Below, one piece after another: positions 36,337 through 49,904 of a stretch of 64,000 nucleotides of DNA (the first letter of the stretch is position 1; each line of letters starts with the position of its first letter). The DNA comes from Bilabrum cf. latius (lineage: Eukaryota). The stretch lies in assembly GCA_965178125.1 (NCBI GenBank), contig OZ237748.1, positions 434,001 through 498,000 on the forward strand. Reading direction: 5' to 3'. Made by a program: the position numbers and the translations under genes. Below the pieces are notes generated by a model. That model worked only from the letters and a program-made list of their open reading frames with translations, did not search any database and was not told where the DNA came from.

Positions 36337-36507
36337 GGTCTAGGCTGGTGCTTCCACTGGAGGCAGCCGGGCTGGGAGGGCACGTCGATCCGTCGATCCG
36401 GATTGCGTGAAGCTGCTACAGGAAGCCTAGGGAGGTTATCATTTGTACTTTTTTTACTTTTATTTATGATAATGGACACGCAATTGATCCTTTTGGATCA
36501 TCTGCGG

Positions 36508-36834
36508 CATGGCCCGCTGGCTGGCAGGGCACTCTCAAAGGGGCACTCCCCATCGGGGCGCAGGGGCAGTACTACGAGCCCATGGCCCGCTGGCTGGCAG
36601 GGAATTCTCAGGGGGGCACTGCCCATCGGGGCGCAGGGACAGTACTACGAGCCAAGGACGGATTCTAAGCTGCGTAATAGAGGATAGGTTCAGACTCTCG
36701 GAGCAATTGTTAAATCTGCATGTCCGACCACTAGATCTAGGAGATTGCCTTCAAGCTGCAGTAGCTAGTCGCTTGTTTTGCCCGATGCATCAATACTTGT
36801 AGCTAGTCGCTTGTTTTGCCCGATGCATCAATAC
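36508..36834. repeat. Two short tandem duplications: 73-bp x2 (36508-36653) and 38-bp-period x2 (36761-36834)
   Basis: CATGGCCCGCTGGCTGGCAGGG...GTACTACGAGCC occurs twice; GTAGCTAGTCGCTTGTTTTGCCCGATGCATCAATAC occurs twice. Confidence 0.9.
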
Positions 36835-36954
36835 CATAAGTCTTCAACCTATTTCGAAATCATGCATTGGATACGTCGAGCTAATTTTGCTGGCGGACAT
36901 TCGTGAGCGGCTACTGCTGGTGTTACACACGACAAGTGTTGAGGATCATATCAA

Positions 36955-36988
36955 GCCCCCCCGGGGTCTAGTCTCGAGCCGGGGGGGC
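36955..36988. other. GC-rich hairpin, candidate Helitron 3' subterminal stem-loop
   Basis: GCCCCCCCGG-14nt-CCGGGGGGGC is a perfect 10-bp stem, downstream of the minus-strand Helitron ORFs. No CTRR terminus was seen after it. Confidence 0.4.
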
Positions 36989-37559
36989 TATGGCTACCTG
37001 GCCCTGCCTCCATTTTGCTCTCATATCTGTGCTGGTATAGGCACCGCAGCGTTGCGGATGCAGTAGTACCTTTCAAAATTTGCGTCGGCAGTCGCTGTTT
37101 TACCTTGTCAGCTGCCGACAGCATGAAAGGTATCTTGTTGGCATGCCGTAACGCCAGGTGTGACCATGCATCGGAGCTGTCTTGCTTGCTGCAATGTAGT
37201 ATCGGCAGTTCTCGAAAGCAGCCATGCGTTTAGCGGCCCGTTGCCTTGGAACGTACTCCCACATTGTGTTGACCTTTATTGTGTTCCGCTAGCTAGTCAG
37301 TCTCTTCGTATCTGCCTCAAGGTGCAGCGCACTGTATCAATTTGACGTGGATGCGTCTGGTGAAGGGACAGAAAAACTACGTGGCGTTGCAGTCTACGAT
37401 TACATCTGCAGGTGCTATAGTGAGAAGTGGTTGTTGTTGCCAGAAATAGGATGCACATCATAACCAAGTATATATTCGATCATTTTGAAACTGGTCACTC
37501 TGCGCCACCAGCGTGACTTCTGGAATCAAAATGCGTTCCTGGTTGTCTGTAGATGCGGT

Positions 37560-38474
37560 TCAATTGCGATCTTTCCGTGCTTTCTTGGCAGGTCTTGGTG
37601 ACTCAGCGTCTGGACGGGGTGTAGTCCTTGAGAGGCGCTGCGTTTGACGAGCGGGTGCTTGGGTATTTGGTAGGGCTGACGCCTCAGGAACTGCTGCGGA
37701 TGTGCCTGCGCCGGCCGTCTAGCGTAGGCGGAACCTCGGCCTCCGTACCGGCGATCTTGGAGCGTCTCCATGTACGGATTTGCACGGCTCCAGCTGCTCT
37801 GCTGCCCAGTATGGGCATTTCGATGCGGGGCTGATTGACACAGCGCATTGTAGTAGCCGATCTGGGCTGGTCTTCGCATGGCGACGGAAATGCTTCAGGT
37901 AGCTCTGAAGGATGACGGGCTTAGACAGGTAGTGCAGGTGCGTGGTGATGGTCTGGACCTCTGGATCTGGTGCTGGCGCTGCTCCTGCTGCTGCTCCTGC
38001 GAGCTGCGGTGGTGGCTGGAACAGAGTGCCCTGGCGGATTCCAGCGCGGCCCATCTGGAAGAAGAACGACGCCCATGACACGCAGGAAAGGAAGATCTCT
38101 TCTTGAGATGCCTCATCGTACCTCTGCAGCCCCTGGACCGCCTTAGCTGGCCCTAAGAATGCTTTTTTGAGCACTGCAGCAGACGCATGCATGAACGGCA
38201 GGCTGGAGCACAGGCGAGCATGCCCTCCTGCTTCCTCGATGCACTCCTTGAATCGCGCCTGGAATGCTTCTTGCACTGATGTCAGAACATGGCCACAGCT
38301 CGCAAGCTCCTGTAGAGTGGTTGCCTTGCAACTGCTCAATGCAGTCAGGATGTCTTCAGCCGAGCACGGCTTGAGGGCCTCAGTGAACATCTTTATGTGT
38401 TCTGCCGTGCATTCTGCGGCTTCATCTTTCTCCAGATGCTCCACAACGCTGATGATGACTTGTGTTAGAGCCAT
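37560..38474 (-). CDS. Hypothetical protein with weak BACK-domain-like segment, possible Helitron passenger gene
   Basis: 251-aa ORF extends through TAG 37719 to TGA at about 37560. SQEEIFLSCVSW resembles the BACK 'E..v..a...W' motif. Pyrimidine-rich TTTTTGCAG acceptor at about 38479 suggests an upstream exon. Confidence 0.45.
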
Positions 38475-38954
38475 ATGCCTGCAAAAAGTGTGGAAAGCGG
38501 AATCAAGTTGGCTGTGCTTTGCTTCCGTCTCTCTGAGACGATGCTTTTACTATCTGTTCGGGAAAATGATCTAGTATGATTGTTATACTATACAACTTAC
38601 GGCGTTTGAACGACTGCGGCACTGCTTGAGCTGCGAGATCGTCCAAGTGAAGTGTGAATGTCCTGACTCGGTTAGGCTGTTTCATGAGCGCATAGAGTCA
38701 TTGATCGTTGGATTTAAGCCATGCAAACCATCATTGAATATAGAATTGGTAATGAACCACTTACGCGGCTTTGCTTTGTGCTGACGATGCTGCCATACTC
38801 TGCGAGAAGAAGAAGTGAGCACGTGTTCCTTTCGAGTGATGAATTAGCGGAACCTAATATTTATGTCGTTACAATTAATGCGCGGCCTATAAAGCACTGT
38901 ACAATATAATATGTTTTCTTTACCGGACGTGATATTTAGAGTATTAGCCTAGTG

Positions 38955-41900
38955 TCAATCATCTGAATCCGATGCATCAATAGTTAAATCTAACAATCTA
39001 CTCTATTGTGATCGCCTCGTCCCTATCCAGTCGTGGTCCTGTAAGCTCCCTCCTGCCACTTGGAAGAACCATTTCTGGATTCCGAATCCGTCTGCATCGG
39101 GGCCGCATCGCAGGATCTGTAACATGAATGTGTATCGCAGGATCTTCATGTCCGTTGACTTGAAGCGCTGGTGAGCAGGCACGAGCACTGTGCGGTTGTC
39201 CCATGGTATCGCGAGCGGTCTCCTTTGCATTCCGGTAAGGTTCAAGACGGAATGCAAGCCGCAATTGGTGGAGTCGGATAATGGCTGCTGTTGCCCACCT
39301 GAATAGCGATGAAGGTGGATGCTGTGATCACTCCGAATAACTCCGATATGGAGTGCTGCAGCTAGAACTGTGCATAAGCGCTGTGCAAGTTGTGGAGTAT
39401 ACCTACTGTCAGCGCCGTAGGAGTCCTGGACGTACAGTCGTGAAGTTTCGCCCTCGTTGACAACTTGCGCGCAAACGTAGTGAAAGCCGTAGTGGATCAG
39501 GCTGCCTATCCATTTCAAAGGCCCTATGTTAGCGCGTCGTCTCCACAGCTCAACGTGGCGGTTGTTCAGCCCGATCTACGAGGGGAAGTTACAGCAGGAG
39601 CCTCTGAGGCATTCTTTGATCGCCGCGTAATGCTCAGATGGCACTGGTTGCTATGGGCTGGAAGCAAATTCCTGCAGTTCAGTAGATGACAGGTTTATAC
39701 CAGCGCTCTTCGAACCAAATTGACCTGGCCAAAACCGTGGAGGTAGCTTGATGACGTCGTACGACGTTGCACGCAAGTGCTGGCCAGTCATTGCGTACCG
39801 AGCATGGGCTCTGGTTAAACCTAGCCTGATTCGCAGCTAAGCCGGACTCCCCCCTCGTGCTTCTATGTTCAGCAGTTTGACGAAGAAATTCACGACCGGA
39901 GATCGAAGGCACTTGCCTGGTTGCAACGTCTGCATAGCCCAGTAATTTACAGATTGGCCAGGCAGTCTGGCCATGATTCGGGTACTCTCGGCAGGTTTCT
40001 GCAACCAGGCCGCTAGCACTGCAATCTCGATAGCTTCTGGTAGTGGCTCAATCCTGAGCAAGTCTGTGTCTTCCACGAAACGCATGGCTGCCTGCGTCTG
40101 GGTCGAAGATAGGCTAGTCATCCTGACGATCAAATTCTTGGCTTCAGCAACAATACGCTGATGATACGCAGGTACTTGCGCGAGAGTGGTGAGCTGCAAT
40201 GCACCACGAACGTCAACACGCGGGGACAGTACAAAAGTCGAGGGTGGCCTTTGCAATTGACCTGCTCTAAGGCTCAAGTCACCACCGCTGCGCTTCTCCT
40301 GCAATGGGCGAAAGCGTCTTTGGGACATCAGCATGCTTTCGTTTGCTGAAAACACAGCCTACGACACTCTGTGGATTTGATCTGGAGTGAGCACGTAGCC
40401 ATCTACTCTTTCTGACACACGTTCGTTGGAAATGGCTGGAACGGCGGCTCTGTCAGTGGTCTGTTGCGCGGGCGTCGTTGATCCGGCGAACATGCTGGGG
40501 TGTGACCCGTCCTTGCGAGACTGTCCTGAGCATCTTGGGTCCGAACGCTTTTGGGAGACGCGTGCCCACTGAGCGAAATCTGTGCATGTAGCGCCTGGCT
40601 GTCGTGAACTCTCAGAGGCAGACCTTGGATGGAGAGGGCGAGGAGCTAGTATGGACGGTATCCCCACGCCTCCCAATTGTTGTCTCTGTCTCACTGTAGA
40701 ATTTGAGGCAGCCAACAGGCTGGGGTGCAACATCTCGTCACGTGCTAACTGCTACCAATCCTTGGCCTTGCTCGTTTCGGTTCGTGACGAGTCAAATGAG
40801 TGTGGCACAGCAGTGCGTGGCTGAAGCGAGTTCCTCGCAAGTTCGGGCGCTGTACGAAGACCTAGTGATGGCGGGGTCGTGGCAGCATCGAAGTTCTCGA
40901 CATGTGTATCTCGCAGCAACAGAGCCGGTACTGTAGATGGAACCTCTCCGATAGACATAGCTCGAAGAACACGATACCCAAGGCGAAGCGTCCATTTGTC
41001 TGAATCACGCATCCGATGCATTTGCGCAACGCCACACACGTACAGGGACGTAATCATTTGGTCCCAGTCACTGAGCGTAGCAGTCGGCGGGCGACTGACT
41101 CTGTCCTGCTGTGCAGCTACTGAGCCGCTCCCGTGGAGCGTGCCGAGCGCTCTGTGCGCCAAGGCAGCGATAGGATCAGAGAGCACCAGGGCAAGACGGA
41201 CTACAGGGTTGGCGCTCCCAACGGTTTCACCAAGCACCTGTGCTATTGCGACTTCAATGAAGGAGTGGATCTTCTAGCGAAATAGATCAGGCATCCTGTC
41301 GGGTGGCCGTTCTTGGCCTGCCTGCTTCTGAGTTTCAATTGCGTCAATGAGCTGCCTTGACGGGTTGCTAGTCACAATCGATGTCAGGCGGTCCTGCGTA
41401 GCTCGCAGTTCTTCTTTGGTACCGTTTGGATGAAGCTGCATCACTATGCCAGGAACGATGGAGACGGCCTGAAACTGGTGCTCATTGGCAATCGTGTGCA
41501 TGGCCCGTAGAGCTGCAAGCCTTGTATGAAGAATGCTGAAAGCGAGGTTCCTTCTGTCCGGCTAGCAAGCTTCTGCTAAAAACCTCGGGCCGTGGCTTTC
41601 GTGAAGGTCGATATGCAAGTCGTTCTCACGCTACACTCTGCTCGCTGCCACGTAGAAACACTGATGCCAAGGGATTTCTTGCGTAAGCAGAAGAACTTTG
41701 TTCAGCGTGAGCCCTTGGCTGGCATGTACAGTTGATCCGAAGGCTTGCTTGATAGGATTGGCAATGACACTGATCGCCTTTCCTGATCTTCGGCCTCTTT
41801 GCCTCGCGTCAGATGGCTCGAATGGCAGAATGGATGGGACAGGCTTGACATATAGCACGGATGGCTTTCCTCTAGCGGGTGACTCAACCTCAAATGATAG

Positions 41901-44900
41901 ATACCCACCGTGGCCGGCGGCGTTGCAGCAAGAGTGTATCACTTTTCCACGGACCTGGTTTGTGATTCCCGCAGAAATGTTGATGTTCTTCGTAATTCGG
42001 ATTGGCAGTCCTGCATACAGCATCATTTCTAATCCCGGCACACGCTTGCTGACTCCTGACCGCTTAAGCTTCTTTGCAATGCCAAACACCAGGCTCTAGG
42101 ACTTGGCGTGCTGCAGGTCCAGGGTTCGCAATATCTTTCCATGCGGATCGACAACGTGAGCTTGAGCTCTGTGCAGCTTAGCCGTTCGCCGTTCCATGGA
42201 GTTTCCTGGGTCCGCTAAGATCGAGGCGATGCATTCACTATTCACGAGATCAACCTACGTGTTGGTGGCACACAGCGTCATGCTATTGTGAATGCTGGCA
42301 AGTTCATGAGGCGTACTCCGATTGCACTTGTGGTGTCCGCAAGCACGAAGCATTAGCCGATCGATGTCATCGGCAGTGCTCTACCCAACCCGCATGCGTG
42401 CAAGGAGATCGGCGTAACTGGTGTCCTGCTTGGCTCTGTGATTGGTCGTGAGGGTTAGTTGAATAGCTTGGCCCCACGCTGGAAAGTCGAAGGCTTGACC
42501 TGCAGATGATGTGACAGTCTGCCGTAGCCTGCTTGCTTCCTCTTTATCCAACTGGGCAGCAGCACTATCTATGCCGAACTTCTAATCTATAGCATGCAAG
42601 GCATCTTCGGTCAAGGCAGTTGGCTATATTGCGGACGCGAATGCGTCTACAACCGGGTGAGGCGGAGAAGCAGCTTCCATTGGTGAGACAATTGCTGGCA
42701 TTTGCCCAGCGTCGCCCGCCCACAGTACTGATCGGTAGCCCCAGGTAGGGATTTGCTATAGCGCATCCTCGTGCTGTATACCCTCTTGCTCTACCAAGTA
42801 TCTGTACCTATCAGTCGCCATCTTGAGAACGTTGTTCGCCACACCAAGCAATGCTGACGATGCAAAAAAAGCCTCATCAATGATGATTGCATCGCAGCCT
42901 TGGAGATGGCGATACCTCTGCACTGCTTTGCTTCTGTCAGCGGTCGCAGGTATCGAGAGCAGAAGTGCTCTGTGCAATGTGCATCCGGACTGGTCAAGGT
43001 TCTGTGCAGCCGTTGCAGTCGTGGCCGCCATGACGCAGCATATGCCACTTGCAGCGGCTGTGCCTCTGATAGCCTGAGACACGAATGACTTTCCACTGCC
43101 GGCAGAGCTGGCGAGGACCGCGAATGCGCCCGGTGTGTTTTGGGCCTGATTCGCGCGCCATGGCCTGAAGCCGCTGTGGCCGCAGAAGGAGCGAAGCACT
43201 AAGCGCTACTCCTCGTTCAACTGCGCAAAGGTTCCTGGGAATGAACTGATGCAACCAGCTTCGGCCCAAAGTGCAATCCTAGCTGACCTACGAAGAAGCT
43301 TCCGGGTGTCTTCGTCAAAGTACTTGGTTGAGCCTTGGATGAAACGCTGAAGACCTGCTAGGTTGTCGGTGATGTAATCAGCCTGTCGCTTCGATATGCA
43401 CACCATGCCTCGTGCCAGGAGTGCTTTCTGCGTGTCAGTCACAGTCGATCGTACGGCTTCTTCGACGGCAGAGTCGATGGACCTTGCAGGAAGTCGTGCT
43501 TGGAATGATCTGTGCATCGCAGCCATGTCGTCATAGGCCTTTCTTTCAGCAGCCAACCTCTGCGATCGATCCAAGCTACTCTCCTCATCCTCCCGCATGC
43601 GGTCGGCCGACTCTTCAACTGGTGGCATAACGTCGAACGAAGCTGTTGTCGTATTCTAATCCATGTCAGCAATCGGCACGGGTGCGTGTCTGGTCACATG
43701 GCCAAGCAGACCGACTGATCCGTTCTCACGGATGTGATCCATCTCGCGAGCGAACGAAGCGTCACTGTGTGCTGCCACACTGCCGACGCGACGCTCGGAC
43801 TAACTACCAGATGGAATCGAATGCTGGTCTTCCTAGGCACATCGCAAGCCTAATTCCGACAAAACTGATTCTGGATTGAATGGCTCTGCCCCAACAGTAT
43901 GAGTAGGCAGCTCTCGGGCACCGTCAGCTAGTGGAGCTGTAGCCTCACGTAGCAAAGTGGCCAATTGTGACTCGTCGATGGCGTACGCGAGCAGGTCATC
44001 GGTGTGGTCGAGCTGCATGTCGTTGTCGAATCGAAGTGTGACAATCATCTGCTGGAACCTCCGGGATTCGGTCGAGTTTCTCTGCACAAATCGTCGGCAC
44101 ACTGCCGGACCGCACTAAGATATCAGGGATCCAGGCAGCAATGCGTAGTCCTCTAGTCCGTGTTCGATTGTTTGAAGCGGCAGGCATGGTAAAGACTTCA
44201 CTGCAGCCGCAGCTTGAAGGGCTGAAGTTGTTACTAACGGCACCGGCCATTCGAGTGTGCCATGCGCGGGGCAGAGCGGGACCAGTGCCTGATACGTACT
44301 GTGCCCTACATATAACACATGCACAGCTGGGTAATTCCTTGTCGCCTCGAGATCTGGCGAATTCAACCGTCTCACCTCGCATATGTGGTTGCTTGGATCC
44401 CCTGGTTTGCGCTGTCCACACGGGGCGAACCCTAGTGCAAGCCGCACGTTGCAGTGAATGTCGCCCTCGCGAAGGCCGTCCAATCCGTCTGGTTGCGTCG
44501 CGATAGTGGGAGTGTGGGCAGGTAGCTCAGAGTGCGGTTCCGATGACCATTTCTGCCGCACATCGGCCTATCGAGCAATGCTGCACGGCACATAAACAAA
44601 CACGGCACACTGCAGCAACTTGCATGAGCCAATCAGTAGCGGCACACCAGCGAATGCATCCGGCCTTCCCATGTAGGCTATCAATGAGCGGGCGTAGTCA
44701 ATGGCGCTGGAACTTTCCATTGAGATCTAGCCGCGCACAGGCCGTTGTAATTCTGCAGGAACTTTGCCGTGGACTTCGACGGCATGTCTCCACATGCCTC
44801 GCACAGCGGCGGCAAGGTCTTTGCCTGCCATAACATTGGATACATCTGGAGATAGCCCTGCAGCAACAGCAAGAGACATCTGAAGGCTTTCATTTTGCGG

Positions 44901-47900
44901 CCACGTATTGCCGTGGCAACACTACCACACTGCAGGCATCGATTCGGATACATCCAACGCTGCCGAAGCTGATGATGACGAAGTGATGCTGGAGGCCAAA
45001 CTCGACGCAGATGGCAGACTCCAAGAAACCAGAGCGCTCCTTGCAGCCTGCTCGACTCCGACATGTAACGTGTCACGAACAGGCAGTGTGGTACAGACTG
45101 TCTGTGCAGGAATCCGCAAGATGGGCCCGAGGGCGTTCTGGGCCTACTTTCCGGATGGCAGAACGCCCATCGTTGCAACCGCGGAATTGTTGAGGTGCAT
45201 CAGTGACTCGATACACGTCCTGAGCATGAAGTACTTCTGTTCATGAGAGCTCCCTTCTTCAGTGCATTGATCAGCTCCAGATAGTATGAACCTGAAAGTC
45301 GTGACCAGTTGCTGCGTCAGCGAGTCCTTGGACGACCGTGCAGTAGCACTGTGAAGCAGGCACAGTCCAGCTATGTCTGACACGCCACGCAGCTCAGCTT
45401 CTCTCATGTAGGGCCGTTCGTGCTGTTTGGCTTCCTCGGACAGCATATCGTTTGAGTCTATGAAAGGCAAAAACGTTAACATGTGCCCGCGGCAGAACGC
45501 TTCAGCCGAATCCCCCGGGCTGTACGCGGTCACAGACACGAGCTTCTCACGCGAGAGAGCCCGATACTCTCGCCCAGCGCGGTCGTAGTATCGGTCAAGC
45601 TTGCTCGTGTATACTCTGCAATTCTTCGGACCGTCGGGGTCAACTTCCCGCTTGTACCTCTTTACAACCTAGCTAGCATGCTCTGCTCTAGTTGGAGTGA
45701 ACCACGCAAAGAATTCCTTGGCACAAAGCTCTGACGAAGTGATAACCTTGTTGGCGCTGATATCGATGCCGTATGCTCCCGGGCGCTATTCATCTGCAGC
45801 GAAATCCTCTGGATCAGTGCCGTTCACCACCCACATATGGTCTACTCCGTCGCCACTGTCTCGATAGAATGACACGTTTTCTTCTTCGCCAACGGTAGGA
45901 GCGTAAGCCTGAAGCACCGCCGCCTGAAGAGCACGTGAATGTGCTTCAACTACTTCACAGACCGTGTTGTCCTCACGCGTTCTGCTTGAATCTGCGGCAC
46001 TACTGCTGATTGGTGAAGAAGAGCAACTGTCATATACTGCTCGAAGTGAATCCGCCGAGGGCCCATGCAATCGACTGAAGGCAATTTCTTCGGCAGTGGA
46101 AACATCAAGGCCATGCTACAGGCCAGAGACGATGCCCTCATCCCCTCGTTCTGTTGTTGCTAACGTGTGCCTCTGATAATCAGCTACGAGAGGGGTACCG
46201 TATACCCTTGTCGCTTCTGCAATACCTTCCTTGAGCTGAACGAAGTGCCTGAGTCGTGATGGAGACTCGTCTGGTGATATGCATCGACCAAGCATTGGAA
46301 GTCGGATACCAAGAAATCGCTGCTCGTACCTAGTCAAGTTATCGAGGCCGAGTACAGCAGGATCTACGACATCATGGATTCGTGTTTGCGCGTAAATGCT
46401 TCGCTGCTGCTCGGAGATGCTGGAGTCATGTGAAGTTCCAAATGAACCGTCTGCAGCAGCCGCTCCCTTGGCTCTCTTGAGCTAGTCTTTTGCAGCGTTT
46501 GCATCTTGGACGATCTTCTTAGCCCTAGCCCTAGCCTCATTCAGCTTGGCTTCCAGGAGGGCATCGTCTGCGCCACCTGATCCCCGTTTCTGCAACTCTC
46601 TAGCAATCTATCGCCTGCTCTTGACAACTGCGGTTCTATGCTCAACTGGTCTAAGATCAACGTTGATCCCTGACCTCGATGACGAAAACATGCTTTGCCC
46701 TAGCAGCTGCGCTACGAGTTCCTGCGCACCTACGACGCGGCATCTCGCGTCTCTGGACTGTGCTGACATGGATGACTGCTCGTCAGCCGAGAGCACAGAA
46801 TATTTCTCCGTTTTGGACACATACATTGAGATGTAACTCGCCACTTTCGATGAATTGCAGTGCTACAGGTTCACGTGGCAATCCAGTGTATCAATCAGCA
46901 CTACGGAACTCGGTACCAGCCGCCGCTCGTCGTCACTACGGTGAAATTCGGTCATTCGACAACACTGCAATCGCGTCGAGTCAGGGTTCACGTCGAACTC
47001 GATGTTGTATCTGCATTTTGAAGCTTGGCTCTTGCCATGGTGGGAAACTTTGATGAAGCACCGGTTGGAACAGCGGTGGTATGCAGTCTAGACCCAGCTC
47101 TTTACAGCAGAATCTAGACGGGCAGACCCTGTGCTACTTACGCGCATAGTACTGAACAGCTCTCTCTAGGAGGGAACCTATTCCAGGGGGGTACCTGCCG
47201 GAATTCGCTACAGTCCGGATATCTTTGGAGCTACTGCCACGATTGAGTGAAGAGGCAATGGTACCCGGTCGTCAATCCAACCAAGGGCATGGGAATGCAG
47301 TGCACCTCTGGACTGAGCTTCTACACGGACGAGACCATCAAGCTGCCTCCCAAGGGGGCCGCATACAGGATCTTCTAGCATACACTGGATCGCATTCTGC
47401 ATGGCAAAGAACACGAGTGTTCTCTCTACGGGACAGTCCCTTGCTTTCAGTTTTCCAGTTCCAACCTGCCATTCTGGGTTGCAGTACAGTTTCATGTGTC
47501 GGATAGCATGCCACGTTTCACTAACAGTGATAGTGAGGAAAGTCTTGGGACACCCCAGGTGATCGACCATTAGGTTGGCTTTCTAGATTGCCTACTTCCG
47601 GGAAGCCTCTGATCCAGTGAGCAGTACTTGGACACTGGTGTCAGAGCTAGCACGGGCCTGCTATGAGGCAGCCTGCTTTGCAGTCAACTTGCGCGTACGA
47701 CTGTGGAGGACAACGCCAGAGCTATACGTGCCCTTCGCCCTCAGCGTCTCCTGAGCTAGAACAGTGACACGAACGAGTACATCGAACAGGGTTGCAAGTA
47801 GTCCTACACAGCCGCGAACAGATCTCGACGGCATGCGAACAATTGACTTGATCCAGTCGCGAAATCCAGCGGTCAGCTCATCTCTGTTGAGAAATTGAAA

Positions 47901-48484
47901 CACTGTTGCACCGATGGACTTGCCAGGCGTCGCATTTTTACCTTCATGACACGTCTCGACGATGTCACCTCGGTAGATAGCAGCTGCGATTGCAGGAATA
48001 AACTGTCCAATATATTGCAGTACTATCCGCTTGGTATCACGTAGATCCATCCGAGTGCCGTCAGCCACTTCACAGTACGGCGGTAGGCTGACAGACTCAT
48101 TTGTCTTGCTCTCAGCTGGAAGTTGCTGTGGCAGATGACCGCACGTTACCTTGACCGGTTTAGGTTGCTTCCATAGAGGTACTGTAGCGTCAATGTCAGG
48201 TGGAACCGTCTACGCATCATTGGCATACTGCTGCCGCAACCGTACGTTTGCTCGTGCCCATCGTCCACCACTTAGCTCTATTGACGTGACGAAAATATCT
48301 GGGACCTAAGACGGAGGTACTGCATTGCGATCGCTGTACGACACTGGGACAACTCCCTGTTCTACTAAATGAGGTACGTCGCATGGAATTTCGTCAGCAC
48401 TATTTCGATCACCCGAAGTGTAGCAACTCTAAACTGCTTTAGCTTTCGCAAGATGCTCGGCTCGATGGGGCCCGTTCTGAATGC
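38955..48484 (-). CDS. Helitron RepHel polyprotein, 3' part (about 3176 codons): HUH Rep, PIF1 helicase, C-terminal Ulp1/C48-like protease
   Basis: 17 ORF-track fragments share one frame and all end in TAG; terminal TGA at 38955. Rep: PKTFLTITVSETW, VEAQSRGALHSHALGW, HRCSNRC..KCRY, CHVNL(Q), YISMYVSK. Helicase: AGSGKS, AATTATAA..TLH, IIIDEA, GDAGQMPAI, TNHRAKQD, TVHASQGLTL, YVAASRV. Protease: LQPGKCLRSPVVNFF, HYVCA, QDSY, QQQP..DSTNCGL. Confidence 0.92.
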
Positions 48485-49904
48485 GATCTATCACTGCGAG
48501 ATTGTTTCGTCTTGGTCTACAGTCCTCGCTACGATGCTTGGCTCTCAGGGCGGTGGCGTATTGCCACCTTTGTGGACACGCGTGTGTCTAGTGACCGACC
48601 TGGCTCTATCTCCAGGTCAAGTGCTAGTGGTCGGGCAGCCCTGGTATGGGCTGCCGAGTCACCATGCCTCACGGCTCTGCCAAGACTTGGATTGTCTTGG
48701 CGAAGCGGTTACAACCGCTAACAGCGCGAAGCAACAGCCCTGTATCGATTCACTGCCAGTCAGTGCTTGCCCGAGGGGGAAGGTGGGCGGGTAAAATGTG
48801 ATGAGTTACAAATGAAAAGACTGGCGATGGGATGCGATAGTAGGTACTGCTGCAGTAGCGCGGCTGTGGTAGTAACTGCGGGGATGGTGGGTGGGTTCAA
48901 AACATCAAGCAGTGGGAATCACCTCCTATGGAGTTGCCCCTGCCTGTCTTCCCAGTGTGTATTGCCACATAATGACAATTATTACTGAGAATATCGGGGC
49001 ACAGCTGTAGAACACAGGTGCCACCGAAATTCCGAACAAGTGAGAGCCTCACATCTGCGCTCGGACTTGCGACCAATACTACACAATCTCTCCGATCTAA
49101 ATCACTTCGTAACGTGCCTCCGTACCTACGGCACACAACTGACGGGATCTATCACTGCGAGATTGTTTCGTCTTGGTCTACAGTCCTCGCTACGATGCTT
49201 GGCTCTCAGGGCGGTGGCGTATTGCCACCTTTGTGGACACGCGTGTGTCTAGTGACCGACCTGGCTCTATCTCCAGGTCAAGTGCTAGTGGTCGGGCAGC
49301 CCTGGTATGGGCTGCCGAGTCACCATGCCTCACGGCTCTGCCAAGACTTGGATTGTCTTGGCGAAGCGGTTACAACCGCTAACAGCGCGAAGCAACAGCC
49401 CTGTATCGATTCACTGCCAGTCAGTGCTTGCCCCGCCGTTACCCACATGTGGGGTATTGCACTGACGTGGTATTGCCCATTGCCGTATGTAATGCCGCGG
49501 GTACAGCTTGTATAGGGCGAGGTAGTGAAGTGAATCCCAGTGCTGTGCACGGCCACTCAATGCATTGGTTGTGTAACCGATGCAAAAGGGTGCTACGAAC
49601 TCCCAAGTGTCTCCCAGAATGCTACTTCTTCCTTTCATCTAGAACGATTGCTGGCAAATCCCAACTAGTTTACACATACATACCGAGACGAACTCCCAAA
49701 ATCAAACTCCCACAATTGTCTAGATGGCGAGGGAAAACCCCTGATGCGTCGAAATCAAAATCCCAAAGACTATATTTATAGAAATCAAACTCCCGGTATT
49801 GGCTAGACTGTGCCGGGGCCGAGCACAGATGACGGGTCTGGCCGAGAAGCAGTGGAGGCTAGTTGTCGCCAACATGCCGTGACTGAATGCATTGTGCAAA
49901 GCTA

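Noticed and set aside
36384-36401. 8-bp duplication (TCGATCCG x2) in the last 86-bp unit as a DNA-transposon footprint
   Set aside because: Single occurrence, equally explained by slippage or repair; no matching element nearby.
44290-44345. GIY-YIG-like motif (HVLYVGHST) in the Helitron linker
   Set aside because: Only a short match; the upstream GIY and downstream Arg/Glu motifs could not be identified.
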